NCBI RefSeq assembly: GCF_964204645.1
Contig: NC_134030.1
Coordinates: 11,057,947-11,121,946 of the forward strand
Direction: 5' to 3'
From: Tubulanus polymorphus
Lineage: Eukaryota; Animalia; Nemertea
DNA length: 64,000 nt
A program made the position numbers and the translations under genes. Shown in pieces: positions 52,945-64,000 of the stretch; the stretch's first letter is position 1; every line of letters begins with the position of its first letter. The notes beneath the pieces are model-generated. The model ran no database searches and had not been told where the DNA came from. It saw only the letters and a program-made list of their open reading frames with translations.

Positions 52945-53800
52945 GTATACGTGACGAAATTGAAAAAGCAAAAAGTACAATGATAAGATCTAAAATTGAG
53001 TGGAAAGAGGTCGGAGAGAAAACAAGTACTTTCTTTGCAAATTATGAATTACAACGCGCTAAGAATCACATCAGGACTCTCAAAAATAATCTAGGTAAAA
53101 TTAAAACTGGTCAAAGAGACATTGGAAAAATTCAACTCAAATTCTTTAAAGACTTATATAGAAAAGAAGAAACGGATTTAGAAACCCAAAATCTATTCCT
53201 GACTAATTTACCTCAAATATCTAATCAAAAGAAACTTCAGCGTAACTCCAAAATAGATATCGACGAATTAACAAATGCAGTCACATCTTTCCAAAATGAT
53301 AAATCCCCCGGTATAGACGGACTACCGATTGAATTTTGTAGAATATTTTGGCATATATGCGTGTATACAGGAAAGTAGACTTTCTAAATCAATGCAAACT
53401 CTGGTATTATTATATCATTGATTCATAAGAAAAATGACAAGATAGACTTGAAAAATTGGAGACCAATCTCGTTACTATGTCCAGATTACAAAATATTCAC
53501 ATAAGTTCTCGCTAACAGATTGATTAACTGTTTAACAGACATAATACACCTAGATCAAACATGTAGCGTAAAGGGACGTCGAATCCAAGACAATGGTCAT
53601 ATTTAATTGATTGAGACTTAATTGATGACGTTAATAATGATAATTTCAGAAGCATTTTTAGTGACCATCGATCAAATGAAAGCTTTTGATCGCGTTGACT
53701 GGCAATATTTGTTTAAAACTTTAGAATCTTTCGGTTTTTGGAGAAAATCTAATTCGATACATCAAAACTTGCTATTCAAATCCAAAATCCAGAATTTGCT
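52945..53800 (+). mobile_element. L1/Tx1-clade non-LTR retrotransposon ORF2 (reverse transcriptase) fragment, degenerate
   Basis: GEKTSTFF, KSPGIDGLPIEF, KNWRPISLLCPDYKIF, DQMKAFDRVDW; contains stops and frameshifts. Confidence 0.9.
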
Positions 53801-53968
53801 TTAATATGTCCTACATACTCTTGCTTAAGACTAAGTTATATGCCTCGAAATTACTGGACAAATCCGAAGAAAGAAAAATTAATCCAGGTAATTAGTTACT
53901 CACTCACCAATTTACTCAATTAACCTGTTCTCCTCTGTATATATACCCCTGATTTTAGTCAATATCTC

Positions 53969-54010
53969 ACACCTGACGATGATCTCTAGTGTGAGATCGA
54001 AACGTCGTGT
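53969..54010 (+). ncRNA. Minimal type-I hammerhead ribozyme (Penelope-like element type)
   Basis: ACAC-CTGACGA-T-GATCTC(tagtgt)GAGATC-GAAA-CG-TC-GTGT. Confidence 0.7.
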
Positions 54011-55449
54011 TCTTATATTTTAGATTATTTCAATTAATAGATTCTCGATTTGAGATTTCTTTTAATTTGTAAATAGTGGGTTTTTATCTTATCAAAAATC
54101 ATTACAATCTAGAACAAGGCTCTGGCCGCATCAACACTATAGTTTATTTCAAAAACTCACTAATAGATCGCCTAAACCAAGAAATCATGCTTCAACAAAA
54201 CCTTCATATTTGGAGTCTTAACAATATACTTATACATCCGGACACAAGCGGACTGAATGCAGTAAACAGATTCACAATCGACACCATTAGCGTAGTCTAT
54301 TAATTAAACCCAACGCCATACACCTACATACCCGACTTTGAGACTTGAGGTATGTTCTGATTTAGATCGAACCGGGATGACGGCCTATCAATACGCATAG
54401 AACTGTCTGACCACTTTTGTTTTATATCACCACATACGCATTAGTTTACTGTTTCTGACGTTTTGACTGTAAACTCAGTCTCATTGCCGCGATAGCTGGA
54501 AAGCTGCCTCCTTTTTTTGGCTTCAGGATAGTTAGCTCAGTCTATCTACGCGCAATGATGACTGGAAAGTTGCCTCTTGACGTCGGTCTCATTAAAAACT
54601 ACCAAAAACATAATTGTGACAGTGTAAACAAAACCCGATCAAGACTCTATATACGTTAGTGTACAAATATGAATTCAATATTCACGTGCCTGCGCCGCTT
54701 TCTTACTGACGGTCTATCAATGTGCATAGTACTGTCCCTTCGATTGCGACGCACCCACAGACCTAACTATGCACTTTATATTAGAAACACAAAACTGCTC
54801 ACCGAGTATAAACTTTTACTTTTAGGAAGCTCAGCACCAGATGTGAAGTACCGATCGCGCACCCCTTGACGGAGAAACCCATCCTCATCGGAGCTGCACC
54901 GTCGATGTCATAAACTACACTTCGGATAGCCAAGGACCATACTCTGGGAAAGTTGCGTTTTGAAATGTGCTTCCTTTCTATCTAGTCAACACGCGGAACA
55001 ATCAACTTAGAGGACTTTCTATATCAACATCTACCAGAAAAAAACTTAATTATCGGACTATTTACACGCAGAAAACGACCGAAATTATAAAAATGGACAA
55101 ATGATCTTCAACCTTGTAATGTAACTATTTCCAAAATTTCGATGTATTAAATAAGCCAGCCAGAGAAATTCACCCCAATCAGTCGCTTGCCGGTTCAGAC
55201 TGGTTGGAAGATTGTTTGAATGAACCGGAACCGAATTTCCCAATTATGTACTTCGATTTAAACAAAAAAAAAAATATGTAAACTCGACCGCCGATCACAC
55301 AACTATACCTGTACTTCGATTTCCGATTACAAAATCAATACCCCTGTTTCGCTCCCGGCAGGTGTGGTGGGTCTGTAAGGGACACTCAATCAGAAAATCA
55401 AACGAAATTAGCCAACCAGAACAGGGATAATCCCTATTTTAAGATCAAT

Positions 55450-55770
55450 TCAAACCCTGGCCGCAAAAACTTCATAGGTATATTACATCGCCCTCGATTT
55501 CTTGGACGGACTGGTTCCCGCTCAGCGCAAACCAGTCTACATGGATGCGCGGTATTTATGCCGGTGAAAACGCATCTGATTGGCTAGATATATAGACTGG
55601 TGGGCGCTGAGTAGGAACCTGTCTGCCCAAGGAATCTTGGGCGTTGTAATAGACCAATGAAGGGTTTATAACCAGGGTTGTAATAGACAAATGAAGGGTT
55701 GGCAGCCAGGGTTTGTGTTGGCATAAGTTTCAGCGGACGGCAATCAAGACCTGGCAAGCGAGGATGGTTT
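55450..55770. mobile_element. Palindromic foldback MITE remnant
   Basis: 55480-55545 is inverted relative to 55590-55650; homologous to 52605-52820. Confidence 0.6.
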
Positions 55771-58700
55771 TTCTGGGAAGGGGCTAAACGCTCCCTGTTC
55801 CTACGGGCCTACTTTGCACAAATAATCGGCACATTTTTTATCTTTCTATGGCGTCTTCGATCGATATCACCATGCACTATTGGCACAGTTTGTTCTATCA
55901 CCTGTTCGTATCGTGTTTATATACTATAATGCTAATAACAATACGTTATCACAATTATATGACTATCGTTCATATGAACGTGTACATAATGAATATTGTA
56001 TGTTTTAGATTCTTTTACAGAATAGCGTAATGCGTTGTGTCATATGAAAAATTGCCGCATTCTCTGGAATTGGTGAGTAAACTTAGCATCATTGTAAGAT
56101 CAAATCAAATAGATGTTCTTTGTCTCAATTCGATCGAATATACAAACAAGAGATGTTCACAACATAGACTGACGACATGGGATAAATACACAATTGCAAG
56201 AGGCAAGTTCCTTAGACTTTTTCAACCCCATAGCTAGTCCCGAATCTTCACGACGCGTCGTCAGGACCTGCCAAGATGGCGCTTGTCGTTGCTGTGACCA
56301 CACTGTCCCGTTACCTTGTGCATATATGCGTGAAACTACTTGAGGGAACTGATGACATTTCCTTGATTATCGTAAACCGATGACCATGTATTTTCGAAAT
56401 AACCACTCATCGCTTCACTCGATAGGGTGTCGTGGGACGAGACCTTCCTGAACATGATCTTCTTCTGCAGTTGCTTGCTTTATTCGATAAGTAAATATTA
56501 AATGTCTTCCATACAGAGATGAGTTTTAAAGAAAACTCGTGCGGTACTAGAATTTAACGAGCGCTTCGTTCATAAAACATAGGTGCGAAGCCTATTGTAG
56601 GATTGTACAAAATAGCCTGTTCTGTATTGTACCCGGGTTCGGTCATGCACTTCAGAGATAATTTTAAATTGAGAGTTACGCAATTGCTTACATTACAAGT
56701 TTTTTTTTATTACTTACCGATCTGATAATTTACCATATGCAAATAATATATTCAAGGCGTATTGTTGTTAAGGTATGGGGTTGCTCTGGAGTCGGTGTGC
56801 GGATAACATATCGCGTTCAGTACTTAAGAAGTGTCCATCACTTTCGTCAGAAAATCAAGAAGCTGCGCCTATTGTTCATAAGGTAAAATGATAATCAAGT
56901 TAAAGTTTTTAGCTCGCGTTTAGTGACCTTATATAGTTGTTAATTTGATGGCGTCATCAACCGCATGCTTAAGCGTAAGCAGTGTCATAATACAATTTTA
57001 AGCGTCTCCATATTTAAACCCGGTTGCCGAATTAAGCTGATTTTCCCTAGGAGAACGGTTCTGCCTACTCCCCAGAATTCAGTAAATATCAACAAATTAA
57101 AAAGTCATGTTATAGTCCCCTTCGTGTTTTCATCGCAAATTTTTCAACACCAAAAAAGTGTTAGTTATCCCTTTTGATTTCCAATGTAATAACCTGAAAA
57201 AGTCATGTTCATCGTGATTTTCAATCTCGTGATTTACGAAAGACATCTTTCATTTAGCATTCAGCAAATTAATCACAATTTCCACTCCTTTTTTATTTTG
57301 TTTGCAGCCCTTCCGAGGTTCTATAGCTTTCATCTAAAAAAAATCATTCTTATTTTCGTCCCTGTTTAATTATTCATTAACTATAATTGAAATATATATT
57401 TCTAGGGGTAAGGTTGGTAGACCTGGATGTTTACTCAAGGGTCGAATGTTTAAATGCAAGAAATAAGTAATGCTTGTTTGAGCATACCATGTTTTTGAAT
57501 GGTCCTTAATATGTAGTTGAATACAAAAAATAAGGATCATTGCATAATATACGTTTATTGATGAATGTTCCGCTTCACTTCACATAATTTGAGACCAGAC
57601 AATTAAATTAACTGAAGCAGATTTCTACTTGATAAAATTGTTGGTACTCATGACTAATTAAGCTTCTCAGGGACTTATTCAATATCATCACCATTTTACC
57701 AATGCACAGTTAAGCTCAACGTTGAATTTTGATACATCAGATTCAGAATTTCTAAAAATCTTTTACTTTTCGGACACTAAGTCCTTGATTCCTGCTGATG
57801 CTCTTTTGAATTACTTGGTTTTTACATTACCCGACAGGCAAAAGGCACAAGGAGTGAAATTCAATGATTTTGTGATTTTAAATCAATTTTCCATTCATAA
57901 ACATGCTAGTGCGCAGCCATGTATCATTGATTTTTGCATTTCAACATTTCATTCTCAAGTTAACAACCAGTTCTACCAACTTAACCCCCGAAATAATGAT
58001 TAAAATCATAGTTAATGAATTAGTCACCTTAAGGCAAAGGGTAACACATTTTCTGAGACACCCTGTAGAGTATTGACGTGACATTGCTTTCTGATTAAAT
58101 TGACGTACGTAGTTAGATTAGATTTTAGTTCAACGATGATGGCAATTTTACAGCCTTATAGATAATACATTATAATATGTCATCGGATCCCTATCGACTG
58201 ATCACATGAAAAGTGAAAAAATGAGTTCATAATCAAGTGTTATTCATATCGTATCTGAATTTCTAATGAGATCTAAGTGTCTGTAAAATGACTGATAATT
58301 CAAACTTTGCAATGATAAAACTATGATAAAATCTGAGAAGGAAGTCGATTTGCCGAATAAGAATTTACCATAAACTACCTTAAGATGCTCACACAGTGTT
58401 TCTGTCCAGCTGAATTCCAAAATCGTTCAGTTATGATTTTTCTTTGTTCCAAGATTTGCACTTTCCGTAATGGTCCCCTTACCAGGAACCTCATAACGAT
58501 AGAAAGCAGTTCCGTCATCATTATGCATAATTCGGTCGTACAACGAAAATTTCATTTGGCCTGATTGTGAAAAACGTTGCTTTGAAGCCATTTAAGCCAA
58601 CAATGAATAAAAGAAGATAAATGCAAAAATGAAACATGATTTGATAGTAACTCAAAGAGCACGATATTTTCAGAATACAGTCTGAAAGATTCACTCGTGG

Positions 58701-59114
58701 AACGAGTATGGTCGAATACAAAGCTTTGATGTAGTTCAATATGTTTCCTTCTATATCGGGCATTTGTAGACATAATCATTGAGGATCGTCTTAATATATC
58801 AATCAATTATTGACAATTTTGTGCGCGTATTGCAGTTTTTATTACTTTCGAAATACTATTGACATCATCTAAAAATTCTGCGTACTCAACTGATTTACTT
58901 ACTTATCACTTGTTCAGTTCACAGTTAGGTCATAAATTGATTAGAGGCGGCGGGTATCGATTCATTACAGTTCAGATATAGAGACAAGCCAGCTGTGTAT
59001 TGATATACGGATAAATTAAACAATAGCTGTGGACAAACATAAATTTCTTACATTATTGTTGTTCATCATCAAATTGTGTGCGAACATTGAGCGATTGTTT
59101 TCGAAGATATAAGG

Positions 59115-62100
59115 ATGACCGAACTTATTTCAAAATCTATGAATCCTTCCAAACAGGTGGAGCTTCTCGTTGAGGCGGACAATAATCCCGATGAAGTAAC
59201 ATGTCGCCGAAAGTGCGTGCACAAATTGAAAGAGAACGTGCTGCTGATTCTTTTGGTCATCGGTATCGTGTTAGGCGTAGGTGTCGGTGCCGCGTTAAGA
59301 CTCAATGCTGACTGGGACGAACGACAGAAAGCGTACTTTAACTTTCCCGGAGAACTGCTCATGCGTATGCTGAAAATGCTTATTCTACCTCTGATCGTTT
59401 CGACGTTGATAAGTGGCATGGCGTCGCTTGACGCCCGGTCGTCAGGACGAATGGGAGCGTTGGCCGTCGCTTATTACTTTTTGACCACGTTAATCGCTGT
59501 TATTCTCGGTATCGTACTGGTGGTGGCGATTAAACCAGGCGCAGGCGCACAAGTCGATAACGGCTCGACTTCGAAACAGATGGTGTCAGCTGCTGATACA
59601 TTCATGGACCTGATCAGGTAAAAATCAGTGCTGGCACAGATAAGACGAAGCGCACTGATATCAATCGTTATCAACATAATATCGTAAGTGTATCGTATTT
59701 TTAGAAATATGTTCGCAGAGAATTTGGTGGCTGCCGCGTTCGAACAAACAAAAACAACTGAGGTACCGGTGAACGTAACCAAAGGCAACACAACCGAAAT
59801 ACGTAAGGGTTACTAATTATCTTAAAAATCCGAAAACGTATGTTGTGTGATTCGGGTAGACCTCGGCTAACTCACTGATAGGAGGCTCCACCCAATAACG
59901 AGAGAAATCCCACAATAAATTCAGCCAAAAATGAAAAGCTCTAAAGTAAAAGGATGTAGATATTTCGAGCAACGCTTCGGCTAATACTATTAGCCATCAT
60001 CAGACTACTGACTACTGATTCATCATGCGCGGATATTCTGTATCTTCTCGTCTCCCCTCCCAATATTTTGGTTCCGCAAAAATTTGAAATATAAGAAATG
60101 CCTACAATTTGATGCGTTTACCGCCAATTCCCCGTAATAGCACTCATTGGACCCCTTTCATCGATTAGCGCCCCCCCCCCCCAATCTCGAGGCTGCCTCA
60201 CGGCCCCTGATACGTCCATCTATCCATGATATGATATAATTTTAGATCGGTAACTGCCATTTGTACGGTCAATTCGAAAGATTCTATACTTTGAGGCTAG
60301 CTTACAATACACTTATAGTTGTTATAACTAAAATGGCAAGATATTTTCATGAACGAATGGAGCAGGATTTTGAGCATCAATAGGTACCGTACCTAACGGT
60401 ATTTCTATGTCTCAAATCGGAAAAGGCTGTTTTATTCTAAACATTTCAGAAATGAAGCCACAATCCGGGACACAAGATGGCATGAACGTAATTGGCCTCG
60501 TCGTATTTTCTGTGGCACTCGGAATCGTTATCAGTCGCATGCGTGAACAAGGACGTCCTTTGGCCATATTCTTCGACACCCTGGCTGAAGCTACAATGCA
60601 ACTGGTTACCCTGGTGATTTGGTAAACCATCTTTTACTTACTATGTTTCTAGTTCTTGGTATATGCGTATTTTGTTCTCAAAAATGTCTTATATTCCATT
60701 GTTCGTTTAGGTACTCACCAATCGGTATTATGTTCCTTGTTGCATCGCAGATCATCGACATGGAGGACCCGATCAAAACCATGCAACAATTAGGCTTGTA
60801 TATGGTTACCGTATTAGTGGGTTTAGCCATACATGGATTTGTCGTATTACCCGTATTGTATTTCATATTCGTTCGCAAAAACCCGTTTAGTTTCATAGGG
60901 GGTGTTCTACAGGCGTTATTAACAGCGTTCGGAACTGCATCCAGGCAAGTAATCGTCATTTCATAGTTGAACACTTTGTACAGCTATTCATAATTTTTAC
61001 ATTAGTTATCGATGAAGTATGGTGGTTGATAAGGGCCATCAAAATATTTCCAGACAAAAAATAATTTTGTCATGAAAAATAATTTTTCCATCGAAAAATA
61101 TTTTGTGAGTGAAAAATATTTCGTGAGTGAAAATAATTTTCCATCGAAAAATATTTCGTGAGTTAAAATAATTTCGTCATGAAAAATAAATTTCCATCGA
61201 AAAAAATCGCCTTCAAAATATTTTTTGTGAGTAAAATATTTCCATTAGAAATATTTTCCTATGTCAAAAAATATCTTTGCTGTAAAAATAATTTCGGGTT
61301 TTCCCGTTTTCACGCAGCAGTGTTTGTACCGTCAAGTATGTAGTGTGTATGTAGTGTGTTGAACGGGACATCAAGTAAAATATGTCTTAGTTTTCGATCC
61401 TACGGCTACAGCAACTTGTATCCGTTATTTTTGCCCTTTTTGTTGATATGAGTCCATTACATTGACAAAAATGGTTATTTCTAGATGGACCGGAGGAATC
61501 AAAATCAAAAGCCCTAATTTAATTTGATTTTGACTGTACAAATTTTTGGCCCTAATTTGTGTTCACATGGACCCGATGACGGCACCACCATCCCATCCTT
61601 CCTAACGTTAGGTCAAAAGGATTCGTCACGACATTTTCGAATCAAAACCAATGCTCTACCCAAGTACTCTGATTTTACATGAGAGCTGTGCGGTATACCC
61701 TGTGTAGTTCATGCACGCAGTGAAACTATACTTAGGGCTAGTAGCATGGATGAAATAAGTTCAAGTGAGACAGTTCAATCGACAAGCGCTCGCGCACGCG
61801 CGCATTAGCGGAAAAACCCACAATCATTTCTTACACTGCAAAAATATTTTAGTATCGGAATATATTTTGAAGGACGGCGATTAATTTTTCATAGCAGAAC
61901 TATTTTTGCTCAGCATGTATTTTGAAGGTACGGATACGGAAGCCCCAAGGTGACATATGAGATAATTTTTTTCATAATTTCGACTTATTAAGTCGAATTT
62001 CGACATAATAAGTCGAAATTCGACTTATTTTGTCGAAATTCGACTTATTAGGTCGAAATTCGACTTATTAAGTCACTTACGAAATATTTTTCGATAGAAA

Positions 62101-63833
62101 TCTATTTTTCATGAAATTATTTTCATTCACGAATATTTTTCGATGGAAAATAATTTTTTATGACGAAATTATTTTCACTCACGAAATATTTTTCGATGGA
62201 AATTTATTTTTCATGACGAAATTATTTTTATGTCAGAATATATTTTCATGGCCCTTATCAGCCACCATAATGAAGGTATAAACATTTAAAAAAATGAACG
62301 AAGCAAATACCAAGCAAACTTTGGGGCATTTTCGAATTACTTGGAGTAAGGATATTTTCAGGGAAAATGGGATAGCGATTGGGAAGAATAATTGGTAAAA
62401 GATATACTTGATCAAAGATGTCTTAAAATGGAAGGGCACAGGAAAAAAAAACAATATGAATCATCTATTTTATCACTCCAGTATTTCCGACATTGAATTG
62501 GAAACAATAATCAAAAATGAATAGGTGAACAAAAAAAATTGAATTCGAATTATTGGAGAACGGACGGAGAAAACTAGCTGTTGCAAATGATAAGATCGAA
62601 GATTGGGTCGGAATATAGGAAGAAAATGTTTATTCATGATCAACACGTATTGGGATTTGTAGATATTTCTTTTCGTATGACGTATCTTCGGCGGAACACT
62701 CCATATTCCTAGTAATCTAAATGTCCTTGCGTACGTTGTTTTCACGCGTTTACATTTTTTAATCGAGTAAATGTATCATTGGAGAATTTCACAAATATAT
62801 ATTTCAGTTCGGCTACATTACCAGTGACATACCGGTGCCTTGAAGAGAACAACCACGTGGATCGTCGGGTGACGCGGTTTGTATTACCAGTCGGCGCCAC
62901 TATCAACATGGATGGAACCGCCCTCTATGAAGCTGTCGCCGCAATTTTCATCGCCCAACTAAACGGCATAGATCTGACTATAGGACAAATAATTACAATA
63001 AGGTACGTAGAAACCAAGCCTGAGGTTGTGGCTACAGTATCAACTGCTCCCTACTCCACCCACTAAATTTCATGTAAAAGAATATTGGCACTATTCCTAG
63101 TTTCATATACCGCCATGCGTTAGATTTACATCAGATGATAATCATTAGGAGCGCGCATGTTGATATCGTTTACAATAATGTTTTTAAACAACGATAACAA
63201 AAACAACAACAAAACCCTTTGGTAAAAATGCACAATCATGTATCAACACATTACATGATAGGAAACCTGCGACCTTCTGTGGCGATCGAGAATTTCACTC
63301 ACGGCCGGCGATGGTCCAACAGGTATGCTTGTAGTTACTCGGTCTTCCGCATATTGTATATTTGGTAGTTCGTGTGATGATGTATGAACTCGGAGGCATA
63401 GAAATTCAGTTTAAAGTTCACAGAAAATATAACTAATTTTGATAACGGAAGACTGAGCGCTCGTCACACCATCTGGTGGCATAGCTGGTGCTGTGGTCCC
63501 CCATTATACCTAATGTAATTTATCACCATCAAATTTAGCATATCATACATTATATGATGTATGGTATCATATGATATACATATTTGATTTATTTTCGACA
63601 CAATGAAATACGTTAAGAACGTAAAACAAAACTGAATACCCCAACATGATTTCACGTATGTCCGCTGTGTAAAATTGTCATTGTCATGGATATTTCAGCA
63701 TTACATCTACTGCAGCCTCTATCGGCGCTGCTGGTGTTCCTCAAGCTGGATTTGTAACCATGATTATCGTTCTTACTGCGGTTGGCTTGCCGACAGAGGA
63801 CGCAACTAAAGTCATAGCAGTCGATTGGCTTCT
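59115..63833 (+). CDS. SLC1-family excitatory amino acid transporter (EAAT); 3' end lies beyond the window
   Basis: Exons 59115-59617, ~59705-59800, 60450-60621, 60711-60944, 62808-63002 and 63699-63833. Motifs [59 protein letters not shown]. Confidence 0.96.
61018..62269. mobile_element. 1.25-kb TA-flanked non-autonomous DNA transposon in an EAAT intron, with subterminal repeats and a palindromic 21-bp minisatellite (61975-62075)
   Basis: TATGGTGGTTGATAAGGGCCAT / ATGGCCCTTATCAGCCACCATA; repeats of aattcgacttattaagtcga. Confidence 0.85.
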
Positions 63834-64000
63834 GTATGTATCGACACAATCTCGTAAAGGCGTACTCTTTTATGATCTCCGAAGTCTTCATCCGAAATCT
63901 CCGATTGGCTCCACACAAAATCCAAATCACACCTCCTCGACAGAAAGGAGGACTCTCCAAAAAGTCATCTGACCAATAAAAGAGTACGATTGGAGGCAAA

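Overview
AT-rich eukaryotic (animal, probably marine invertebrate) genomic DNA with spliceosomal introns; no rRNA, tRNA or CRISPR seen. The first 19 kb is the most unusual part. It holds an intact 15-exon KDZ (Kyakuja-Dileera-Zisupton) transposase gene with a CxC cluster, a 189-bp satellite, and two further intact co-oriented genes: a C2H2 zinc-finger protein with an unrecognised N-terminal domain, and a 16-exon protein joining an HDX-type homeodomain, an HMG-box-like segment, a GTF2I-like repeat and a chromodomain. The satellite and these two genes lie between two inverted Helentron-type (HINE) elements whose 154-bp tandem units each carry a CTCF-consensus motif, in convergent orientation. 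I infer this may be a large multi-gene KDZ transposon with chromatin-reader cargo. The rest contains many MITEs, a glycosyltransferase-92 pseudogene split at its DxD motif by a MITE, a SAM/HECT-like pseudogene, two paralogous secreted multi-ShKT genes, a 3-exon ~1945-aa CUB/C-type-lectin/LDLa/LRR GPCR (GRL101-like), an L1/Tx1 fragment, minimal hammerhead ribozyme motifs and the 5' part of an SLC1/EAAT transporter gene. All domain calls come from recognising motifs by eye and splicing exons manually; no searches were run, and repeat boundaries are approximate.
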